NCBI GenBank assembly: GCA_946537255.1
Contig: CAMNFS010000001.1
Coordinates: 31,713-95,712, forward strand
Direction of reading: 5' to 3'
DNA: 64,000 nt
DNA from: an uncultured Erysipelotrichaceae bacterium
GTDB lineage: Bacteria > Bacillota_I > Bacilli_A > Erysipelotrichales > Erysipelotrichaceae
A program made the translations under genes and the position numbers. This document shows positions 21,372-29,067 of this stretch, piece after piece. Position 1 is the first letter of the stretch; each line of letters opens with the position of its first letter. The notes below the pieces were generated by a model that was not told where the DNA came from, searched no databases, and saw only the letters and a program-made list of their open reading frames with translations.

Positions 21372-22001
21372 TCAGTCCTTTATCAAAACCCCCAGCAGCC
21401 CTGCCAGCATCAATGCCTGCACGGAAGTGACCGTCACTCCTTTGATGTGATCCGGATCAAGAACAATTCCCTGGATCTCATCACTGGAAAAGTCCAGACC
21501 GTTCAGATCGGTCTTAAAGAAATCAGCCTTGGTCAGATCACAGTGTTCCAGCAGCAGCTTCTGATGTTTCAAGGAAGAAAAGGAGGCTTCCGCAAGCTGC
21601 GTATTCCGGATCGCAGCATGTTTCATAACAGAAGCATTCCAGTTGGACAGCAAGGCGGCACTGTCAATGACTTCAAAATCCTGCATGGCGCTTTCCGAAA
21701 AATCACAGCCGATCAGACGGCACTTTTCAAAACGGACCCGCCGGAAGGAGGAACGGAAAAGAACCGCGTTGGAAAGATCACAGTGTTCAAACAGCACGTC
21801 CATGAAATCAGAACGGGTGCCGTTTCCCCTCAGCTCACATCCCTCCAGATGGCATTCCCGGATCTGCATGGATTCCGAAAGATCAAGCGGAAGGTCTTGC
21901 AGTTTCAGTCCCGTACAGTCTAACGGCAGACCTTTTCCCTCATATGATTCTGTTGGCCTGATCAACGGCGGCTGAATTTTATTTTTTGAGGATGTCTTCA
22001 T
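21372..22001 (-). CDS. Pentapeptide-repeat protein (Qnr/MfpA-like size and architecture)
   Basis: It has about 25 consecutive pentapeptide repeats with a central F/L (DLSNA VLFRS SFRRV RFEKC RLIGC DFSES ...). SD GGGAGA lies 4 nt before ATG 22001. It overlaps the kinase gene by 23 nt. Confidence 0.85.
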   Translation of the reverse strand: MKTSSKNKIQPPLIRPTESYEGKGLPLDCTGLKLQDLPLDLSESMQIRECHLEGCELRGNGTRSDFMDVLFEHCDLSNAVLFRSSFRRVRFEKCRLIGCDFSESAMQDFEVIDSAALLSNWNASVMKHAAIRNTQLAEASFSSLKHQKLLLEHCDLTKADFFKTDLNGLDFSSDEIQGIVLDPDHIKGVTVTSVQALMLAGLLGVLIKD

Positions 22002-22920
22002 ATTTCTCCCTGCTGAGAACCGCTCCGGTAACAGATACCACTCCGGCAGCAATCCGATTCGCCCATTTCATGGCGTATTCAAGATCCTTTCCCCGCATGA
22101 GGCAGGACATGATGGTTCCAATGTGACTGTCGCCCGCCCCGGTGCCATCCACGGCCTCGAGCTCATATGCCGGTTCATAACAGCAGCGGATTCCATCAAA
22201 CGCGGCGGCACCGTTCTTCCCGTCTGTCACGATGGCGGTATTTCCGGTACGCTGAAACAGTTTCTCTGCCAGCGCGGAAAGTTCAGCTTTATCGGTCTTC
22301 TTCATCATTCCCCGATCCTGAAGGTACCATTCCGCTTCACGGCGGTTGACATGAACAATCGGATGACAGTCCATAATCGTCTCCATGCGGTCCTTCTGTA
22401 TGTGCATGATCCTGGCACTTGGCGCAAAGAAGATATTCATATGGCTCTGGTTCTTCAGAAAGCGGACAATATGAACACCTGTCGGTTCCTCTATTTCAAG
22501 ACCGCACACATAGACATCGGTATAGGCATCGGAATCAATGGCATCAAACCATTCCGGTTCAAACCGGTATTCGGCCCCATGAACCGCGAGAAAGGTACGG
22601 TTGCCGTCCTTATCCACGATACAGTAACAGCATCCGTTGTCCTCATTGCTGGAAAGCAGCGGTTCAATTCCCTGACCTGCCAGCGCATTCCTTACAAAAG
22701 TACCGTAGATTCCATTTCCGACAGGCGAAAACAGAGTATACGGCACATGTGTCAGTTCAAGCATATGAGAAACATTGTAACAGCATCCGCCCAGGGAAAT
22801 GGTCTGTCCCAGCGGATTGACATCTTCTTCAAGGGACGGCAGATGATCCACGCGGATCAGTATATCGGCCACCGTCGAACCGATCATCAGTGCTTTTCTC
22901 ATGGGTTCATTGTACGCCAT
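21979..22920 (-). CDS. PfkB-family carbohydrate/nucleoside kinase
   Basis: It has the ribokinase-like N-terminal GG region (ISLGGCCYNV) and the C-terminal anion-hole motif DGTGAGDSH. Length is 313 aa. Confidence 0.85.
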   Translation of the reverse strand: MAYNEPMRKALMIGSTVADILIRVDHLPSLEEDVNPLGQTISLGGCCYNVSHMLELTHVPYTLFSPVGNGIYGTFVRNALAGQGIEPLLSSNEDNGCCYCIVDKDGNRTFLAVHGAEYRFEPEWFDAIDSDAYTDVYVCGLEIEEPTGVHIVRFLKNQSHMNIFFAPSARIMHIQKDRMETIMDCHPIVHVNRREAEWYLQDRGMMKKTDKAELSALAEKLFQRTGNTAIVTDGKNGAAAFDGIRCCYEPAYELEAVDGTGAGDSHIGTIMSCLMRGKDLEYAMKWANRIAAGVVSVTGAVLSREKYEDILKK

Positions 22921-22936
22921 GAAAAAGAAAATACAC

Positions 22937-23479
22937 TCAATGATTCAGAATCTTTTCCGCCTGTTCCTTCAGACCGAAGCGATAGATCAGAAGCACACCC
23001 GCGACAGAACCGAGTCCGGCCTGCAGAATCTGAAACGGCAGCTTGAGCGATGCGGCTTCCGGAGTCGCATAGATAAATGCTCTTCCAAGTGTATAGCCGA
23101 CCACATTGATCACCGCTCCGATGGCGGCTGCCAGAAACGCGGAGCCAATGGAATCCTTCCGGAATACTTTCCCGACAAGCAGAGAAATCACTGCGGCCTG
23201 CAGCCCATGCGTCACAAGCGAAACAAACATCGGGGTCGGATAGAAGAACAGATCGCCCAGAAATGCGCCGATCCCTCCGACAATGAAGGCATCTCTTGGC
23301 CCAAGGATCAAAGCCGCCGCAACAATAATGACATCATTGAGATAGATGTGGCCGCCGGGAACCGGAATCCCGAAACTGGAAAGCGCGATATTCATTCCGG
23401 TCAGAATTGCCGTAAGGGCGATTCGTTTGACGGTACTGCTCCCGGCAGTATGAGTGGATGCGGTTCTCTGTACTGTCAT
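22937..23479 (-). CDS. ECF-transporter S-component-like membrane protein (substrate unknown)
   Basis: 180 aa with 5-6 hydrophobic helices and an S-component-like sequence (IALSSFGIPVPGGHIYLNDVIIVAAALILGP...GDLFFYP). I recognise no specific subfamily. Confidence 0.6.
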   Translation of the reverse strand: MTVQRTASTHTAGSSTVKRIALTAILTGMNIALSSFGIPVPGGHIYLNDVIIVAAALILGPRDAFIVGGIGAFLGDLFFYPTPMFVSLVTHGLQAAVISLLVGKVFRKDSIGSAFLAAAIGAVINVVGYTLGRAFIYATPEAASLKLPFQILQAGLGSVAGVLLIYRFGLKEQAEKILNH

Positions 23480-23700
23480 GACTTTTTTACCGGCAGATTA
23501 ACTCACAGGACTGCCCTTGCAAGGATCTGCCATTCTCCTTTCATTTATGATTCAGTGCATGGATCAGAATCTTTCCGCTGTCCGAAGCACTGCTTTCTCT
23601 GATACCAGGTTTGCTCATGCGAGCGGACTGCTTTTGATATAAGGACTGTTTCAGCGAAGAGACCGTCCATCAGCCGGTTACGTATCAGAATCCTCCTTTT

Positions 23701-23713
23701 AGGGATTATCCCT
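23701..23713. promoter_or_regulatory. 13-bp perfect palindrome in the divergent ECF-S / MocR intergenic region (candidate operator)
   Basis: AGGGAT-T-ATCCCT lies 60 nt upstream of the MocR-like gene start. Confidence 0.3.
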
Positions 23714-23773
23714 ATGATAGACGCATCGTGGTATTATTTTAAGTACCAGAAGGGAGGTTTTTAATAAGACCAG

Positions 23774-24859
23774 ATGAAAAACAACAAGCCAGCGTATCTG
23801 ATACTCTACGAGCAGCTGCGTACTGCCATCATCGACGGTGTGTTTCCATACGAAACCCGTCTGCCTTCCAAACGGACTCTCGCTTCCGAATTTGATCTGT
23901 CTCTGATTACCGTAGAGCACGCCCTGGCTCTTCTGGAAGAAGAAGGATATATCGAACCAAAGGAGCGATCGGGAAGTTTTGTAAGCTATCGAAGAGAAGA
24001 TGTTCTGCCGGTCAACGAGGAACACTTTCTGAATCCGGTGGAATATACCGCTCCGAAGTCTTCCTTTCCCTATTCCGTGATTTCCCGCACAATCCGCAGA
24101 GTTCTTTCCGATTATCAGGAGGAGATTCTGAAAAAAAGTCCCCCCTGCGGACTCCTGATGCTGCAGGAAGCCATCGCTTCCTATCTGTTTACCTCCCGCG
24201 GCATCTCGGTATCCCCCCGGCAGATCATTATCGGAAGCGGCGCCGAATATCTTTACGGACTGATTGTTCAGACGCTCGGACGGAATCTGACCTATGGAAT
24301 TGAAAATCCTTCCTATCAGATGATCCGCAGAATCTATGAAGCAAATGATGTGAAAATCGATCTTCTGAAACTTGGAAACAACGGAATTCTGAGCGGTGAA
24401 CTGAAGCGGACCCGGGCCGATGTTCTTCATATTACGCCCTTCCGCAGCTTTCCAACCGGCATCAGTGCGGATGCCTCCAAGCGGCGGGAATATATTGCCT
24501 GGGCCAGAAAACGGAAGGCCATGATCATTGAAGATGACTATGACAGTGAGTTTACGCTTTCCGGCAAACCGGCGGATACCCTGCTGGCTCTTTCAAACGG
24601 GGACTGTGTCATCTACCTGAGCACCTTTTCCACCACGATCGCCCCTTCCATCCGCATTGGATACATGATTCTGCCAGTGCATCTTCTGTCCGCGTTCGAA
24701 GAAAAAGCAGGATTCTACTCCTGCACGGTTTCAACTTTTTCCCAGCTGATCCTGTATGAACTGATTTCCAGCGGTGATTACGCAAGAAACGTCAACCGCA
24801 TGCGGCGGGAAAGACGGCGGAACGCTTCATCCCGTCAGAACAGAGAAAGCTGTTCATAG
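23774..24859 (+). CDS. MocR/GabR-type GntR-family regulator (wHTH + aminotransferase-like domain), lysine-less and C-terminally truncated
   Basis: The N-terminal GntR wHTH is present (LPSKRTLASEFDLSLITVEHALALLEEEGYI). The AAT-fold core includes IIEDDYDSEFT. The FSK lysine motif reads TFSTTIAPSIRIGYM. The ORF stops about 100 aa short of GabR-length homologs and overlaps the convergent gene by 25 nt. Confidence 0.8.
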   Translation: MKNNKPAYLILYEQLRTAIIDGVFPYETRLPSKRTLASEFDLSLITVEHALALLEEEGYIEPKERSGSFVSYRREDVLPVNEEHFLNPVEYTAPKSSFPYSVISRTIRRVLSDYQEEILKKSPPCGLLMLQEAIASYLFTSRGISVSPRQIIIGSGAEYLYGLIVQTLGRNLTYGIENPSYQMIRRIYEANDVKIDLLKLGNNGILSGELKRTRADVLHITPFRSFPTGISADASKRREYIAWARKRKAMIIEDDYDSEFTLSGKPADTLLALSNGDCVIYLSTFSTTIAPSIRIGYMILPVHLLSAFEEKAGFYSCTVSTFSQLILYELISSGDYARNVNRMRRERRRNASSRQNRESCS

Positions 24860-25707
24860 GGCTGAGGAAACTCACCGAGAAAACGGAATACCTCCTGCGG
24901 TGTATGAAGAATGTCATTTGCCTGGCAGAATCTGTGAAAGAAAGCCATCAAGGCTTCATTGTCCGGACTGATCAGTTCATAGGAATTTCCATACGTTCGA
25001 ATATAGTTCTCCTTCATTCCGGGAAACAGACGGTCCAGGGCGGCATAATAGTATTCCCTGCAGCCTTCCCGCAGCGTCATTCCCATATTGAAGCACATGA
25101 TTCCCTTTACTCCCGTTTCAGCACATGCCTGAAGCAGCGCTTCGATGTTTTCACTTGTATCCGTGATAAACGGAAGAATCGGTGTCATCCAGACAACGGT
25201 CGGTATTCCCCGGTCCTTCATGATCCGCAGCACTTCAATGCGGCGGCTGGTCGGACATACACCTGGTTCTGTTTTTTTCGCTAGACGATCATCAGAGGCA
25301 GTCAGCGTGATCTGAACAACACACCGGGTTTTCCGATGAATCTCCTCAAGAAGATCAAGATCCTCAAGGATCCTGTCTGACTTGGTCAGTACCGTCGCTC
25401 CGAAGCCATGATTCCTTATCACCTGAAGACACCTTCTTGTAAGACGCAGATCCGTTTCACACGGCAAATAAGGATCCGACATGGAGCCGGTACCGATCAT
25501 GCATTTTTTCTTCCGTCCCGCCAGTTCTCTCTCCAAAAGCTGCGGGGCGTTCTCCTTGACCTCAATATCCTCAAAGGCATGCGAAAACCGATAGCAGGCA
25601 CTGCGGCTGTCACAGTAAATACAGCCATGCGCGCATCCCCGGTAAACATTCATTCCCAGAAACCCGCTTCTTCCGTTCAGAATTCCTTTCGCCTTTACAA
25701 AATGCAT
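24835..25707 (-). CDS. SPL-family (spore-photoproduct-lyase-like, COG1533-type) radical SAM protein
   Basis: It has the CAHGCIYC cluster motif preceded by VYRGC, and its length and sequence layout match SPL-like radical SAM proteins. I prefer the start MHFVKAKGIL (25707). Confidence 0.75.
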   Translation of the reverse strand: MHFVKAKGILNGRSGFLGMNVYRGCAHGCIYCDSRSACYRFSHAFEDIEVKENAPQLLERELAGRKKKCMIGTGSMSDPYLPCETDLRLTRRCLQVIRNHGFGATVLTKSDRILEDLDLLEEIHRKTRCVVQITLTASDDRLAKKTEPGVCPTSRRIEVLRIMKDRGIPTVVWMTPILPFITDTSENIEALLQACAETGVKGIMCFNMGMTLREGCREYYYAALDRLFPGMKENYIRTYGNSYELISPDNEALMAFFHRFCQANDILHTPQEVFRFLGEFPQPYEQLSLF

Positions 25708-25848
25708 GTTCAAAACTCCGTTTCCTGACGTTTGGCTTTTGTTTCTTTTATTCATCTTACCAAAGATTTCCGTAACGATCCGATACAAGAAAAATGCTTT
25801 TCAGTATTTCATATTTTGATATACTATCCGAGGGTATGGAGGTGAAAT

Positions 25849-27336
25849 ATGACAGCGATCGCATTTGATTCTGATCAGTATCTGGCTCTTCAAAGAGACA
25901 AGATTCTCGAACGCATCAGCATGTTCGAAGGAAAACTGTATCTTGAATTCGGCGGCAAGATGTTTGAAGACTATCACGCGGCCCGGGTGCTTCCCGGTTA
26001 TGAGCCGAACAATAAGATCCGTCTTCTGACAGAGCTCAGGGATAAAGTCGAAATCATTATCTGTATTAACGCAAACAATATCGAGCACACAAAGATGCGC
26101 GGCGACAACGGCATTTCCTATGATCAGGAACTGCTTCGGATTGTGGATGCCCTGAAGGCTCTCAATCTGTATGTCGGCTCTGTTGTCATTACGCAGTATG
26201 CGCATCAGCCCGCCGCGGACGCGTTCCGCCGGCAGCTGAAGGCTGAGGGAATCCGTTCCTATCTTCACTACCCGATTCCAGGATATCCCACCAACGTCGA
26301 TTACATCGTAAGCCCGGAGGGACTTGGAAAAAACGATCACATCAAGACTACCCGTCAGCTGGTCGTTGTAACAGCACCCGGCCCCGGTTCCGGAAAAATG
26401 GCCACCTGCATCTCACAGCTCTACAACGACAGTGTCAAGGGCATCCGCTCCGGATACGCGAAGTTCGAGACCTTCCCGGTCTGGAATCTGCCGCTGAACC
26501 ATCCGGTCAATCTCGCCTATGAAGCAGCCACCGCGGATCTCAACGATGTCAATATGATTGATCCGTTCCATCTTGATGCCTATGGCGTCACCGCGATCAA
26601 CTATAACCGGGACGTTGAAATCTTCCCGGTGCTCAACCGCCTGTTCGAAGCCATTCAGAATGAATCTCCGTACAAGTCTCCGACTGATATGGGCGTCAAT
26701 ATGCTCGGCTACTGCATCATTGACGATGAAGCGGCCAAGGAGGCCTCCAAGCAGGAGATTATCCGACGGTATTACCGCACCGTCGTCGAGGCAAAGCGGG
26801 AAGAGGCAAGCATTGACGCAGTGGAAAAAATCCAGGTTCTCATGAACAAGGCGGACATTTCTCCGGAAGACAGGAAATGCGTCGTTGTCGCAAGAAAAAA
26901 AGCGGAGGAAACCGGCGCACCCGCCATGGCGATTGAGCTGCCCAACGGCAAGATCATTACCGGCAAGACCTCCTCTCTGTTCGGTCCAAGCAGCGCTGCC
27001 ATCATCAACGCCATTAAATCCATGGCCGGCATCTCCAAGAACAAGCATCTGATTGAGCCTGCCTATGTCAAACCGATTCAGGATCTCAAGATCAAGAATC
27101 TCGGAAATCATAACCCGAGACTTCATACCGACGAACTTCTGATTGCGCTTGCGATTGTGGCAAAGACCAATGAAACCTGTGCCCTGGCCATGAAGCAGCT
27201 GAATTCTCTGCGCGGTTCGGAAGCGCACAGCACCGTCATTCTGCCGGCTGAGGATGCCAACATGTATCGCAAGCTCGGCATCAATGTGACCTTTGATCCG
27301 CATTACCAGTTCAAAAAGCTGTATCATCCAAAATAA
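25849..27336 (+). CDS. DUF1846 / UPF0371 family protein
   Basis: 495 aa. The N-terminus [18 protein letters not shown]...[25 protein letters not shown] matches the UPF0371 family conserved in Firmicutes. SD GGAGGTG is present. Confidence 0.8.
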   Translation: MTAIAFDSDQYLALQRDKILERISMFEGKLYLEFGGKMFEDYHAARVLPGYEPNNKIRLLTELRDKVEIIICINANNIEHTKMRGDNGISYDQELLRIVDALKALNLYVGSVVITQYAHQPAADAFRRQLKAEGIRSYLHYPIPGYPTNVDYIVSPEGLGKNDHIKTTRQLVVVTAPGPGSGKMATCISQLYNDSVKGIRSGYAKFETFPVWNLPLNHPVNLAYEAATADLNDVNMIDPFHLDAYGVTAINYNRDVEIFPVLNRLFEAIQNESPYKSPTDMGVNMLGYCIIDDEAAKEASKQEIIRRYYRTVVEAKREEASIDAVEKIQVLMNKADISPEDRKCVVVARKKAEETGAPAMAIELPNGKIITGKTSSLFGPSSAAIINAIKSMAGISKNKHLIEPAYVKPIQDLKIKNLGNHNPRLHTDELLIALAIVAKTNETCALAMKQLNSLRGSEAHSTVILPAEDANMYRKLGINVTFDPHYQFKKLYHPK

Positions 27337-27341
27337 AACAC

Positions 27342-27366
27342 AGGCCTCCGCATCGGAGGCCTTTTC
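27342..27366 (+). terminator. Bidirectional terminator between convergent genes
   Basis: AGGCCTCCG-cat-CGGAGGCCT (9-bp stem) is followed by TTTT. Confidence 0.75.
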
Positions 27367-28450
27367 ATTCAATATCGTTCAGGCTGTCAATCACCTTCTT
27401 GAGTTCAAGCGGAACCCGCTTGCTGCCCTGCATGGACCGCACGCCGAATGCCCGGAGTACCTTCATGGTCAACAGCTCCGGCGGATAGATCTTCAGAACT
27501 TTCAGCTTCATGAGTCTGTTCATGTGAATATGCCGGTCGCTGTAGTGATTTGGAATATCTGTTTCCACCACCTCTGTCTTGTAGAGAATTGCCGAATACG
27601 GCGCGGCTGTATAGATATAAACGGTATCTCCGACTGCCGCCCGCACCGACTGTTTCCATTCCGAGATGTGATTCAGCCGGAAGTGCTTCGTCAGATCATA
27701 GTATTTCGGATTGGCCGGAACGATCCATTCGTTGTGGGCCTTGGGTGCGCCGTTTCCATTGACCAATTCACGGCTTTTATTTAAAAGCGCGAAAAGCCTT
27801 CGGTCACTGACGGTATCATCCAGGATGATGCTCACCCAGTTTTTTCGGTTCATATGCCAGCATGGATAGATGCCTGGTTCGCATACCAGTTTTTCAATTT
27901 CTGATTCCGGTTGCTTGAGATTGACGATCTCACACCGGTCCTGCCGCGTTTCATCCAGCTTCCCGCAGTCAATCCGCATGACAAGCGCATACCACTTCTG
28001 ATTGGACGGAGCCCGGTAGGTCACACTGGAAGGATCCTTCTGAAAAGGATGATCATACGGATCCCCGAAGGTTTTCATAAGGTATTCATGCATGCGGCAG
28101 GCCTGATCGCCGACGTAAAGCCGGTCAATGAAGCAGTGATCCTTGATCGAGATCAGAAGATCATAGTATTCCTGACGGATCGTGGAAACAAACGCGCTGG
28201 TCTGGCTTGCGACCCGAAGCGGAAGGTATTCCTCCCCCATTTCCACTTCATGGACAGTGCCGCTGACTTTTCCGCTCTTGTCCACGGAAACAAATGCCTG
28301 AAACTCCCCGTCATGGAAAAAACAGGACCACACATACCGGCCGTTTTCTTCCTGAAAGCCGAAATCCTTCAGGCGCTTAAAATCCGGCAGGCTTCGTTCA
28401 AACACCAGTGTTTCAATATCTCTTGGAATTGCGTCCAGCTGCTCGTTCAT
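27365..28450 (-). CDS. Three-module protein: N-terminal unknown domain + MmcQ/YjbR DNA-binding domain + C-terminal PUA-like (EVE-type) domain
   Basis: The middle region (DHPFQKDPSSVTYRAP..KWYALVM...IYPCWHMNRKNWVSIILDD) fits the YjbR family. The C-terminal region (WIVPANPKYYDL...EWKQSVRAAVGDTVYIYTAAPYSAILYKTEVVE) resembles EVE/PUA-like proteins. That assignment is from memory only. Confidence 0.6.
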   Translation of the reverse strand: MNEQLDAIPRDIETLVFERSLPDFKRLKDFGFQEENGRYVWSCFFHDGEFQAFVSVDKSGKVSGTVHEVEMGEEYLPLRVASQTSAFVSTIRQEYYDLLISIKDHCFIDRLYVGDQACRMHEYLMKTFGDPYDHPFQKDPSSVTYRAPSNQKWYALVMRIDCGKLDETRQDRCEIVNLKQPESEIEKLVCEPGIYPCWHMNRKNWVSIILDDTVSDRRLFALLNKSRELVNGNGAPKAHNEWIVPANPKYYDLTKHFRLNHISEWKQSVRAAVGDTVYIYTAAPYSAILYKTEVVETDIPNHYSDRHIHMNRLMKLKVLKIYPPELLTMKVLRAFGVRSMQGSKRVPLELKKVIDSLNDIE

Positions 28451-28460
28451 AGTATTTCCC

Positions 28461-28982
28461 TCAGTCAAGATACAGTACAACCCGGCCGGCTTCCCTGCTC
28501 TTTTTCAGATCAATCACCCGCTGATTCTCAGAACCCCGGAACTTCAGTGAAATATTCCGCAGCTCCTGACGGAACGGTCCATCAACAAGCACATCAATAT
28601 ATGAAAGCATTTCATCCGTATCTTCGGTATACCGCTTCCCGCCTTTCACAAGATCCCGATCATAGACAAACCCCGTATAGCTCCAGATATCCTTGTCCGG
28701 GAATACCCTGCGGACCTTCCTTAAAAGCTTTACAAGTTCCTTCTGATTGGCCGGTTCAAAGGGCTCGCCGCCCAGCAGTGTGAGTCCCTGAATATACTCC
28801 TTATCCAGGGCTTCAAGAATCTGTTTTTCCGTTTCTTCCGTATATTCCTGTCCGTAATGAAAATCCCATGTCTCGGGCTGAAAACATCCCGGGCAGGCAT
28901 TGGTGCAGCCGCTGACAAACAGGGTGACTCTTACCCCTTCTCCATCAGCGATATCATAAGTTTTCAGTGTGCCGTAATACAT
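28461..28982 (-). CDS. nrdG: Anaerobic ribonucleoside-triphosphate reductase activating protein
   Basis: 173 aa. It has DIADGEGVRVTLFVSGCTNACPGCFQPETW (radical SAM cluster), typical of NrdG. Confidence 0.92.
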   Translation of the reverse strand: MYYGTLKTYDIADGEGVRVTLFVSGCTNACPGCFQPETWDFHYGQEYTEETEKQILEALDKEYIQGLTLLGGEPFEPANQKELVKLLRKVRRVFPDKDIWSYTGFVYDRDLVKGGKRYTEDTDEMLSYIDVLVDGPFRQELRNISLKFRGSENQRVIDLKKSREAGRVVLYLD

Positions 28983-29067
28983 TCGTATCCTCTTTCTCTG
29001 ATCATCCTATCAGAAACGCGCAGGATGCGTATCCAATTCCATGAAAAAAGTGCCGAAGCACCCTCTT

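Noticed and set aside
23480-23700. Possible riboswitch in the long leader of the ECF-S-like gene.
   Set aside because: By eye there is no match to the conserved cores of the TPP (CUGAGA...ACCUGA), FMN, preQ1, THF or cobalamin riboswitches. Without a covariance-model scan I cannot call an RNA element, so it is reported only as an unexplained leader.
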